Positions 8,201-15,471 of a stretch of 64,000 nucleotides of DNA are shown one piece after another; position 1 is the first letter of the stretch, and every line of letters begins with the position of its first letter. Under the pieces are notes generated by a model, which was not told the DNA's origin, did not search any database, and saw only the letters and a list, made by a program, of their open reading frames with translations. The DNA is taken from contig JBAZFW010000001.1 of NCBI GenBank assembly GCA_041653215.1, positions 19,202 through 83,201 on the forward strand, written 5' to 3'. The DNA is from Patescibacteria group bacterium. GTDB lineage: Bacteria; Patescibacteriota; Patescibacteriia; Patescibacteriales; GWC2-42-12. Position numbers and translations under genes: made by a program.

Positions 8201-9526
8201 TTAATTATTCTTTACTTTTACAATTTTACCTATTAATTTATTATTTCCATCTATTTTTGAACCAAAAATCTGACGTTTATCAACCTCAATATCAAAATAA
8301 TATTCGGTCTTGCCGATTAGTTTATCCTGTTTAATTTGCTCTATAACAATTTCCAATTTTTTACCCTTGAATTTTCTTTTATAATCTCTCATTAATTTAA
8401 CGCCGAACTCTCTTAAAATTTTAGCGCGTTTAGCTTTAATTTTCTCTTCTACTTGATTAGGAAATTTAGCGGCAGGCAGTTTAGCGTGAGCCGAAAAAGG
8501 AAATATATGTAAACGGCTAAATTTTATTTCTCTAATAAATTTTTTCGTCTCTATAAAATCTTTTTCCGTTTCTCCGGGGAAGCCGACGATTACGTCCGTA
8601 GTAATGGCGACGTCTGGCATGGCTCGCCTAATTTTTTTTACTTTATCTAAAAAATATTTTTTGCTATATGGCCGATTCATTAATTTTAAAATTTTATCAG
8701 AACCTGATTGCAAAGGAATGTAAAGATGCTGGCAAATTTTTTTTGAATTCGCTATTAGCTTTATCAAATCATCTGATACTTCGGTAACTTCGATTGAACT
8801 TAAACGCACTCTTCCTAAATCATTAATTTTAATTATTTTTTTTAACAAACTGACCAGATTGTCATTGCGAGGAGCGTCAGCGACGTGGCAATCTAACTTA
8901 CTATTTACTTTGAAATTTGTCCGTGAGATTGCTTCGCTCCTTTTAGTCGCTCGCAATGACAGTTGTCTTTCTTTACCGTAAAGCCCTAAGTGTATGCCGG
9001 ATAAAACAATTTCTTCATACCCAGTCTTAACCGCTCTTTTAATCTCGCAAATAATTTCTTTTTCTCCCCTGCTTTTTAATTTGCCTCGCGTGTATGGCAC
9101 TATACAATAACTGCAATATTGCTCGCAACCATCTTGAATTTTAATAAAATAACGAGAACGATTTTCTTGTTTTACTTCTTTAATTTTATTCGCCACTAGC
9201 AATTTGCAATTAGTAATCTTTTTAACCAAACTATATATCTTATCTCTGTTCATAACATAATCAACATCAGCGTCTTTTGTCTTATAAGCTTTAGGCCAGC
9301 AACCAGTTAAAATAATTTTAGCTTTAGGATTTTCTTTTTTTGCCAGCTTAACCATGCGTCCACTTTTTATTATGGCCGTTTTAGTAACAGCGCAACTATT
9401 AATTATTGCTATACCTGCATTTTTATTAACCATAGTAAATCCGGCCGTTTTTAAACTTGTGGCTAACGAGCCTGAATCATACTGATTAACTTTACAGCCT
9501 AAGGTGTAAATTTTATATGTCTTCAT
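8201..9526 (-). CDS. mtaB: MiaB-family radical SAM methylthiotransferase, MtaB-like, carrying an in-frame repeat-element insertion
   Basis: 'YTLGCKVNQYDS' UPF0004 domain; 'CEQYCSYCIVPYTRG' radical SAM; C-terminal TRAM-like region. A ~37-aa insert 'RQLSLRATKRSEAISRTNFKVNSKLDCHVADAPRNDN' is encoded by the element at 8861-8961. Confidence 0.8.
   Translation of the reverse strand: MKTYKIYTLGCKVNQYDSGSLATSLKTAGFTMVNKNAGIAIINSCAVTKTAIIKSGRMVKLAKKENPKAKIILTGCWPKAYKTKDADVDYVMNRDKIYSLVKKITNCKLLVANKIKEVKQENRSRYFIKIQDGCEQYCSYCIVPYTRGKLKSRGEKEIICEIKRAVKTGYEEIVLSGIHLGLYGKERQLSLRATKRSEAISRTNFKVNSKLDCHVADAPRNDNLVSLLKKIIKINDLGRVRLSSIEVTEVSDDLIKLIANSKKICQHLYIPLQSGSDKILKLMNRPYSKKYFLDKVKKIRRAMPDVAITTDVIVGFPGETEKDFIETKKFIREIKFSRLHIFPFSAHAKLPAAKFPNQVEEKIKAKRAKILREFGVKLMRDYKRKFKGKKLEIVIEQIKQDKLIGKTEYYFDIEVDKRQIFGSKIDGNNKLIGKIVKVKNN
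8861..8961. repeat. MITE-like palindromic element (~101 bp) inside the mtaB coding sequence
   Basis: gtcattgcgaggagcgtcagcgacgtggcaatct ... gtgagattgcttcgctccttttagtcgctcgcaatgaca. Same architecture as 36823-36929 and 45792-45898. Confidence 0.8.
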
Positions 9527-9538
9527 ACTATTTTATTT

Positions 9539-9596
9539 GTCATTGCGGGCACCCCGCCTAGACTCGTTAGGCGAGGCTGGCGACCCGCAATCTAGA
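9539..9596. repeat. short REP-like hairpin (GTCATTGCGGG...CCCGCAATCTAGA), long-loop variant
   Basis: Arms gtcattgcggg / cccgcaatctaga; same family as 33655, 40171 and 40433. Confidence 0.65.
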
Positions 9597-9618
9597 AAAA
9601 AGTTATAACCGACTTAAC

Positions 9619-9647
9619 CTGGACCCCGGGTCAAGCCCGGGATGACA
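9619..9647. repeat. short REP-like hairpin (CTGGACCCCGGG tcaa GCCCGGGATGACA)
   Basis: Same TAGATTSCGGG-N4-CCCGSAATGACA pattern with a compensated stem. Confidence 0.6.
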
Positions 9648-9696
9648 AGCGCTAGTCTTCATACTAAAAAATCCCATTCAAGGGATATTCATTAAT

Positions 9697-9772
9697 TGGA
9701 GCCACCCGTCGGATTCGGACCGACGACCTACGGTTTACAAAACCGTTGCTCTACCAGCTGAGCTAGGGTGGC
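9697..9772 (-). tRNA. tRNA-Thr (anticodon UGU), CCA encoded
   Basis: Hand fold: acceptor gccaccc/gggtggc; D gctc-agctggta-gagc; anticodon arm acggt-ttTGTaa-accgt; T arm gtcgg-tccgaat-ccgac; then tCCA. Confidence 0.9.
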
Positions 9773-9788
9773 ATTATGAGAAATAAAA

Positions 9789-9858
9789 TGGTGCACCGTA
9801 CTGGATTCGAAGGGGCAAGCCCCACGCCGACACAACTTATTCTCCACCGTACAGCATA
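9789..9858 (-). pseudogene. tRNA-like remnant whose 3' end duplicates the tRNA-Lys T-loop/acceptor and ends in CCA
   Basis: gtgcaccgtactggattcgaa (9791-9811) matches gtgcgccgtactggattcgaa (9899-9919) at 20/21 positions. The upstream part does not fold into D/anticodon/T stems. Confidence 0.5.
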
Positions 9859-9899
9859 CATAAAAATTAAATCAGCCTAAGGCTGAGTTAATTTTTATG
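9859..9899. other. long near-perfect hairpin immediately 3' of tRNA-Lys
   Basis: cataaaaattaa(a)tcagcc taa ggctga(g)ttaatttttatg. Confidence 0.6.
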
Positions 9900-9972
9900 T
9901 GCGCCGTACTGGATTCGAACCAGTGACCTTCTCCTTAAAAGGGAGCTGCTCTGCCAACTGAGCTAACAGCGC
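9900..9972 (-). tRNA. tRNA-Lys (anticodon UUU), CCA not encoded
   Basis: Hand fold: acceptor gcgctgt/acggcgc; D gctc-agttggca-gagc; anticodon loop ctTTTaa; variable aggtc; T arm actgg-ttcgaat-ccagt; 73 nt. Confidence 0.88.
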
Positions 9973-10150
9973 GTAATATAATTATCAATTGAGCGGTAAC
10001 ATCACGTAAATAAAAAACCCGCTTCAACGGATATGTTAATAATAAAATAACACATCCTCTATAAAAATGCAAATATTTGGTGAAAATCTGTGGAAAAAAA
10101 GTGTGAATTTTGCTCTTGCTTAAACTGATTTCAAAAGGTATTATAAGAAC

Positions 10151-11545
10151 ATGTCAGATAAAAAAGATTTGATATCAAAACTACCACCGCAAAACATAGA
10201 GGCTGAAGCCTCTCTTTTAGGCTGCTTAATGATTGATAAAGACGCAATTTTTAAAATCGCTGATACGCTCCGACCAGAAGATTTTTACAAAGACAGCCAT
10301 GGCCTTATTTATGAAACTATGCGGGAATTATATTCTCGGCATGAACCGATTGATATTTTAACCTTAACTTCAAAACTTGAAGAAAAAAATAAATTAGAAG
10401 CCGTTGGCGGACGAACTTATATATCAGAACTTGGCAATACTGTAGCCACTTCAGCGCACATCGTCCATTATTCTAATATCATTCAGCGCAAAGCAACTCT
10501 ACGACGCCTTTTATCTGCTTCGGCCGATATAACTGAACTCGGTTATCGAGAAGATGAAGAAATTGAAAAATTGTTGGACGAAGCCGAACAAAAACTATTC
10601 GGCGTCTCACAAAAATATTTAAAAAATGTCTTCCAACCGATTGATAATTTATTAACCGAAGCTTTTGATAGAATTGACGAACTTCATAAACAGAGCGGAA
10701 AATTACGCGGCTTACCTACCGGCTTTCATGATCTCGATAATTTACTGGCTGGTTTACAAAAATCAGACTTAGTAATTTTAGCCGCTAGGCCGAGCGTGGG
10801 AAAAACTTCTCTAGCGCTTGATATCGCCCGACAATCGGCTATTATCAGTAAAGTTCCGATTGGCATATTTTCTTTAGAAATGAGTAAAGAGCAATTAGTC
10901 GACCGCATGCTTTGCGCCCAGGCAAACGTAAGCTTGTGGCGTATGCGCACGGGAAAATTATCAGACAAAGAAGAAGATAATGACTTCTCTCGCATTGGTG
11001 AAGCTATGGGAAGATTATCCGAAGCGCCAATTTATATTGATGATTCAGCCAGCTCAAATATTATGGAAATAAGAACTAAAGCGCGCCGCCTTCAAGTTGA
11101 AAAAGGCTTAGGTTTATTAATTATCGACTATCTGCAATTAATGGAAGGTCGTAGCAGCCATGGCGACAACCGCGTGCAAGAAGTTTCTGAAATTACCCGC
11201 GGCCTTAAAGGTATCGCTCGTGAATTGAATATCCCGGTATTAGCCTTATCTCAATTATCACGCTCTGCGGAAATGTCTAGGCCGGCCATACCGAGATTAT
11301 CTCATTTAAGAGAATCTGGTTCAATTGAACAGGACGCGGACGTAGTTATGTTTATTTACCGTAAAGCCGCTGACCGAGGTTATAATTATGAAGAGTTGTC
11401 AGAAAGTGAAAAACATACAGCCGAGGTCTATATTGCTAAACACAGAAACGGCCCAACCGGTAAAGTCAATTTATTCTTTGACGAAGATACTGTTAGCTTT
11501 AAAAATATGGAAAAAACCGGTTTAGAAGAACCGATTGAATATTAA
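10151..11545 (+). CDS. dnaB: replicative DNA helicase DnaB
   Basis: 'PPQNIEAEASLLGCLM' N-terminal motif; Walker A 'ARPSVGKTSLAL'; 'IIDYLQLM'; 'ALSQLSR'. The 464-aa length leaves no room for an intein. Confidence 0.95.
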   Translation: MSDKKDLISKLPPQNIEAEASLLGCLMIDKDAIFKIADTLRPEDFYKDSHGLIYETMRELYSRHEPIDILTLTSKLEEKNKLEAVGGRTYISELGNTVATSAHIVHYSNIIQRKATLRRLLSASADITELGYREDEEIEKLLDEAEQKLFGVSQKYLKNVFQPIDNLLTEAFDRIDELHKQSGKLRGLPTGFHDLDNLLAGLQKSDLVILAARPSVGKTSLALDIARQSAIISKVPIGIFSLEMSKEQLVDRMLCAQANVSLWRMRTGKLSDKEEDNDFSRIGEAMGRLSEAPIYIDDSASSNIMEIRTKARRLQVEKGLGLLIIDYLQLMEGRSSHGDNRVQEVSEITRGLKGIARELNIPVLALSQLSRSAEMSRPAIPRLSHLRESGSIEQDADVVMFIYRKAADRGYNYEELSESEKHTAEVYIAKHRNGPTGKVNLFFDEDTVSFKNMEKTGLEEPIEY

Positions 11546-11566
11546 TAATTAATCATTAGATATACT

Positions 11567-11842
11567 ATGTTTAATAAACTAAAACAGTTTAAAGATCTAA
11601 GAAATCAAGCCAAAACTTTACAAAATGCTTTAGCTCAAGAATCAGTTGAGTATGAAAAAAATGGCGTAAAAATTATTATGAATGGTAATATGGAAATTAC
11701 TAAACTCGACATCAACGCTGATATGGCTAAAGACAGGCTAGAAAATACTTTAATCGAGACAGTAAATGAAACTATTAAAAGAGCGCAAAAAGTCATGGCA
11801 AAAAAAGTTCAAGATATGGGAGGGATTCAAGGATTTAATTAA
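11567..11842 (+). CDS. ybaB: YbaB/EbfC nucleoid-associated protein
   Basis: 91 aa; matches the family pattern and the conserved ybaB-recR pairing. Confidence 0.8.
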   Translation: MFNKLKQFKDLRNQAKTLQNALAQESVEYEKNGVKIIMNGNMEITKLDINADMAKDRLENTLIETVNETIKRAQKVMAKKVQDMGGIQGFN

Positions 11843-11848
11843 AATTTT

Positions 11849-12478
11849 GTGCGTTATCCTGCTTCTATTCAAAACTTAATAGATTACTTTTGCAAATTAC
11901 CGACGGTCGGTCCTAAAACGGCCGAGCGTTATGTTTTTTATTTATTAAAACAGCATCCGGAATGGCTACAACAATTCGCTCAAGCCATCGCCGAAGTAAA
12001 AGAAAAAACTACTGTTTGTAAAACTTGTTTAGCTATTGCCGAATCAAATCCTTGCCGAATTTGCTCTGACCAAAAAAGAAATCATTCGGTTATTTGCTTA
12101 GTAGCAGATACACGCGACATGCTAGTCATTGAATCCACTAAACAATATAATGGCGTTTATTATATTTTAGGCGGAGTTATAAATACTATTGAAGGTATAA
12201 AACCAGACCAACTAAACATTAAAGCCTTTCTAAATCGTTTAAAACAAGAAAACATCAAAGAAATTATTTTGGCTTTTAACCCTAATCTTGAAGGCGAGAC
12301 CACGGCTATGTACCTTGCAAAATTGTTAAAACCGTGTAAGATAAACCCACACACCAAATTTGGTGTGGGGGTAAAAGTAACCCGCCTAGCCAAAGGTTTA
12401 CCTATGGGAGCCGACCTTGAATATGCGGATGAAATTACTTTAAGTAATGCTTTAAAATATAGAAACGAAATAAATTAA
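11849..12478 (+). CDS. recR: recombination protein RecR (GTG start) with a small in-frame palindromic insert
   Basis: 'LPTVGPKTAERY' HhH; Cys4 'CKTCLAIAESNPCRIC'; Toprim; 'VTRLAKGLPMGADLEYADEITL'. Extra 'CKINPHTKFGVGV' is encoded by the palindrome at 12346-12370. Confidence 0.9.
   Translation: MRYPASIQNLIDYFCKLPTVGPKTAERYVFYLLKQHPEWLQQFAQAIAEVKEKTTVCKTCLAIAESNPCRICSDQKRNHSVICLVADTRDMLVIESTKQYNGVYYILGGVINTIEGIKPDQLNIKAFLNRLKQENIKEIILAFNPNLEGETTAMYLAKLLKPCKINPHTKFGVGVKVTRLAKGLPMGADLEYADEITLSNALKYRNEIN
12346..12370. repeat. near-perfect 11-bp-arm palindrome inside recR
   Basis: cccacacacca aa tt tggtgtggggg (1 mismatch). Confidence 0.7.
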
Positions 12479-12531
12479 ATAAAAACAAACATAAATATAA
12501 ACTAATAAAACAAAAAAACAAGGAGCAGAGA

Positions 12532-12888
12532 ATGGCGCATAAAACTTTATCCCAGATTTCAAAAACAGCTCTTTTTGAAATAGTGGAGTATGTGCATAGA
12601 CACCATGGCCTATTGCCATACTACCGGGGTAATCTTGCCCCGACACTTCAAAACGCAAAAATTATCGAAAACTTTACAGTTTACGGGACAACGGGAGACA
12701 AATCTGTCGTAGCTGAATTATCAGAAGATCAATTATTATGTTTAAAGTATTACCGAAGAATTAACAACGGCAATACTCTAAAACGTTTTGCATGGATGAT
12801 GCTTCTGAATATTTTTCACTCAGAAAGAGTCAAAAAAGTTCATGAACAATGCAAAGAGCTTGAAAAAGAATTATCCGGAAAAAAATAA
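12532..12888 (+). CDS. hypothetical protein (SD-bearing, higher GC than neighbours)
   Basis: AAGGAG 6 nt before the ATG; no recognisable motif. Confidence 0.5.
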   Translation: MAHKTLSQISKTALFEIVEYVHRHHGLLPYYRGNLAPTLQNAKIIENFTVYGTTGDKSVVAELSEDQLLCLKYYRRINNGNTLKRFAWMMLLNIFHSERVKKVHEQCKELEKELSGKK

Positions 12889-12964
12889 AGCCGGAATAAC
12901 AGAAAAATCCAAACAAAAAACCCGAGCTAAAAGCTGCGGGTATTTTTATTTAAAAAAATTATTT

Positions 12965-13303
12965 TTAAACAATCTTTGTAATTTCTATTTTAGTGAAAGG
13001 CTGTCTATGACCGACATTCTTTTTATATCTGGTTTTATTTTTAAACTTTACTACGCTGACTTTTTTAGCCTTACCCTGCTCTAAAATTTTACCTTCCACT
13101 ATATCGCCTAAACCAGGTGCGCCTATTTTAATATTTTCTCCTTCGGCAACAAGTAAAGTCTGAAATTTCAAAGCCTGACCGGCTTCACCGTTAATTTTTT
13201 CAATTCTTAAATTTTGTCCTTGAGCAACCTTATATTGTTTGCCACCGGTTTTAATAACTGCTATTTTTACCCCGTTAGATAGTTCATTTTTTTTAATTGC
13301 CAT
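12965..13303 (-). CDS. rplU: 50S ribosomal protein L21 with a ~13-aa N-terminal extension
   Basis: 'IAVIKTGGKQYKVAQGQNLRIEK'. The extension MAIKKNELSNGVK is encoded by the leader module. Confidence 0.9.
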   Translation of the reverse strand: MAIKKNELSNGVKIAVIKTGGKQYKVAQGQNLRIEKINGEAGQALKFQTLLVAEGENIKIGAPGLGDIVEGKILEQGKAKKVSVVKFKNKTRYKKNVGHRQPFTKIEITKIV

Positions 13304-13378
13304 ATGTTTAGATATAATAGCCCCGCTATATAAATATAATAAAAATAAAGTTATCAGCTTTATCTAACGGGGTGAATA
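13266..13378 (-). promoter_or_regulatory. three-part leader module (A / A' / A''), rplU copy
   Basis: mRNA sense: A CACCCCGTTAGATA; A' TATATAGCGGGGCT; ATG; A'' ATCTAACGGGGTA (codons 8-12). A:A'' is a perfect 12-bp complement. Confidence 0.55.
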
Positions 13379-13453
13379 AAAATATTTCTCGTTAAAAATA
13401 AAATCCCCGTTCGGGGGATAAAGCCTGCTAAAATCAGGCAGAATATTAAAATC

Positions 13454-14482
13454 TTAAACTATTTTCTGTTTCCTGTCAAGATAAGCAAAAAACATAACAA
13501 CCAATATCATAATAACTGAAAGCACGCCTAAGGCAAGTACTTTGCCTTTACTTTGCAAAAATAAGGCGGCTAAACCAAAAATAATTGAAACGGCGTAAAA
13601 AAATAAAACTGATCTTTTAACGCCTAAACCCATATTTAATAAGCGAAAATGCAAATGCTTCCTATCAGCAAATTTAAACGGATTTTTACCTTCGGCTAAA
13701 CGTCTAATAATAATCCAAGCTACATCTAAAATCGGTATACCCATAACAAGTAAAGCAATAGCAATTTTTCCGCCTGATATAATTGACAAAACCCCTAAAG
13801 CATAACCTAAGAAAAGCGACCCGCCTTCGCCTAAAAATATTTTTGCCGGATGCCAGTTAAAAAATAAAAAACCAAGACAGGCAGCGGCTAAAATTAAGGC
13901 GGCTAAACCTATATCCGGCTGATAATATTTTTCACTCATAGTAAAGAGAAAAATTACTACCGCGCCAATAGCGGTCATGCCGGTAACTAAACCATCTAAA
14001 CCATCGAGTAATTTTGTTGTATACATCATGCCTAAAAGCCAAAAAGAAATTAATATAGCCGATAAAGCACCTAAATAAAAATAACCGCCGAACGGATTAG
14101 TAATTTTTTCAATTTCCACCCCGCCAGCGATAACGCTTATGATTGCCAAAATAGGCCAGATTATTTGCTGCGCTGGTTTTAATTTATATTTATCATCAAA
14201 AAAACCACCAACCATTAAAAAAATACCGCCGATAAAAAAACCTACCCAATGCCGGGGTTCAAGATTACCGGTTAAAAGTTTATCATGCGTAAAATACAAA
14301 ATAATAAAAAACGCCGCGAAAATAGCTAAGCCGCCAAGTAAAGGCACTTCGCGCTCATGAATTTTTCTATCGCTATCTGGTTTATCCGTAATTTTAAGCC
14401 GCGTGGCCAAATAAATCACCAACCGAGCAAAGATTATGGATATAAATAAAGTAACTACAAAAATTTGCGAATAATATGACAT
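13454..14482 (-). CDS. MraY/WecA/TagO-family polyprenyl-phosphate sugar-1-phosphate transferase
   Basis: ~10 TM segments; 'FFDDKYKLKP', 'NLLDGLDGL'-like 'KLLDGLDGLVTG', 'NWHPAKIFLGEGGS'. Confidence 0.8.
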   Translation of the reverse strand: MSYYSQIFVVTLFISIIFARLVIYLATRLKITDKPDSDRKIHEREVPLLGGLAIFAAFFIILYFTHDKLLTGNLEPRHWVGFFIGGIFLMVGGFFDDKYKLKPAQQIIWPILAIISVIAGGVEIEKITNPFGGYFYLGALSAILISFWLLGMMYTTKLLDGLDGLVTGMTAIGAVVIFLFTMSEKYYQPDIGLAALILAAACLGFLFFNWHPAKIFLGEGGSLFLGYALGVLSIISGGKIAIALLVMGIPILDVAWIIIRRLAEGKNPFKFADRKHLHFRLLNMGLGVKRSVLFFYAVSIIFGLAALFLQSKGKVLALGVLSVIMILVVMFFAYLDRKQKIV

Positions 14483-14602
14483 ATTAAGTTATCAACAATG
14501 TAAATTTGCTTTTTTCTAATAATAAACTATAATAGATTATTATTGCACATATGTAAATAGGTGGTAAAAAAATATTTAAAAATATATTGCTAAGGAGGCG
14601 CG

Positions 14603-14881
14603 ATGGAACGTAAGGCAAACGACACGAGGCAGAGACACGCAATAAATTATTTAAAAGGTCAAAAAGTAAAAGCCTATCTCGGCATTAAAAAGTATCAGGT
14701 TCCGAGAGAAAATGTACATCGACAAACAATTCGCAAATGGTTAAAAAATCAAGGTATAAATGTCTTAGATATAATTATTTTTCTTAAGACTAAGTCGGGC
14801 AAAAAACCGCCGACAGACCAAAATGTTATAAATATTTTTTTAAGATTTACCGGGGAAAATTCAATTGAAATAATTTTCTAA
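14603..14881 (+). CDS. small basic hypothetical protein, possible HTH
   Basis: SD AAGGAGG; 'NVHRQTIRKWLKNQGI' is HTH-like; own terminator at 14894-14926. Confidence 0.45.
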   Translation: MERKANDTRQRHAINYLKGQKVKAYLGIKKYQVPRENVHRQTIRKWLKNQGINVLDIIIFLKTKSGKKPPTDQNVINIFLRFTGENSIEIIF

Positions 14882-14893
14882 CCGACAATCCCA

Positions 14894-14926
14894 ACGACTG
14901 CGTAATCTAAAGCAGTCGTTTTTTTA
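14894..14926 (+). terminator. intrinsic terminator
   Basis: acgactgc-gtaatctaaa-gcagtcgt followed by T7. Confidence 0.75.
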
Positions 14927-14945
14927 TTTATTCTAACTTATATAT

Positions 14946-14974
14946 TTGACTTTTTTAAAAAAATATACTATAAT
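14946..14974 (+). promoter_or_regulatory. sigma70-type promoter for 15005..15397
   Basis: TTGACT - 17 nt - TATAAT. Confidence 0.6.
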
Positions 14975-15004
14975 TTATCACAATTTCGTATCAGGAGGGA
15001 AATA

Positions 15005-15397
15005 ATGTTAAAAAGGATTAGCAGTAACGGGCTTAATACAGGAATTTTTGGCAATTTTCTGTCGCTTAGTAATCATATTTTTCTAGATTACTTATTTGAG
15101 GACAAGGAAATCGGCGGATTTATTTATAAACGAAAGCCAGTAGTAAAAGATTTTCACGTTTTTTCTACCATATTCTGCTCGGTAGATATTTTCAAAAAAT
15201 ATAAAACCGAACTAATCAAACTGGGAGAGAAACGAAAAATTACTGTCGTACATGAAAATCAAAAAACCCTAATGGATGAGATGATCGCGGTTGATGTTGG
15301 CATACGACATCTGTATATATCTCATAGTCAAAGGGCTCTGGTGGGCGCCGATTATAAGCATACTATCAGAAAACCATTCTCAGATGACAGCGAATAG
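15005..15397 (+). CDS. hypothetical protein
   Basis: SD CAGGAGGG; consensus promoter upstream and a terminator downstream; no motif recognised. Confidence 0.5.
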   Translation: MLKRISSNGLNTGIFGNFLSLSNHIFLDYLFEDKEIGGFIYKRKPVVKDFHVFSTIFCSVDIFKKYKTELIKLGEKRKITVVHENQKTLMDEMIAVDVGIRHLYISHSQRALVGADYKHTIRKPFSDDSE

Positions 15398-15420
15398 TAA
15401 TAAAATAAACTGTCAACCAA

Positions 15421-15471
15421 GACGACGTCGCTTATAAATTCTTTCGGATTTATAAGCAGTCGTCTTTTTTT
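15421..15471. terminator. long-stem bidirectional terminator between convergent genes
   Basis: gacgac(g)tcgcttataaat tctttcgg atttataagc(a)gtcgtc followed by T7. Confidence 0.7.

Noticed and set aside
9974-10150. A possible oriC/DnaA-box cluster upstream of dnaB.
   Set aside because: Only one good TTWTNCACA match (reverse complement of tgtggaaaa near 10089) and one poor one. There is no dnaA/dnaN context and no clear AT-rich unwinding repeats beyond the genome's general AT richness.
10151-11545. An intein or intron in dnaB (a common insertion target) or in the tRNA genes.
   Set aside because: DnaB is of normal length with contiguous motifs. Both tRNAs fold canonically without insertions.
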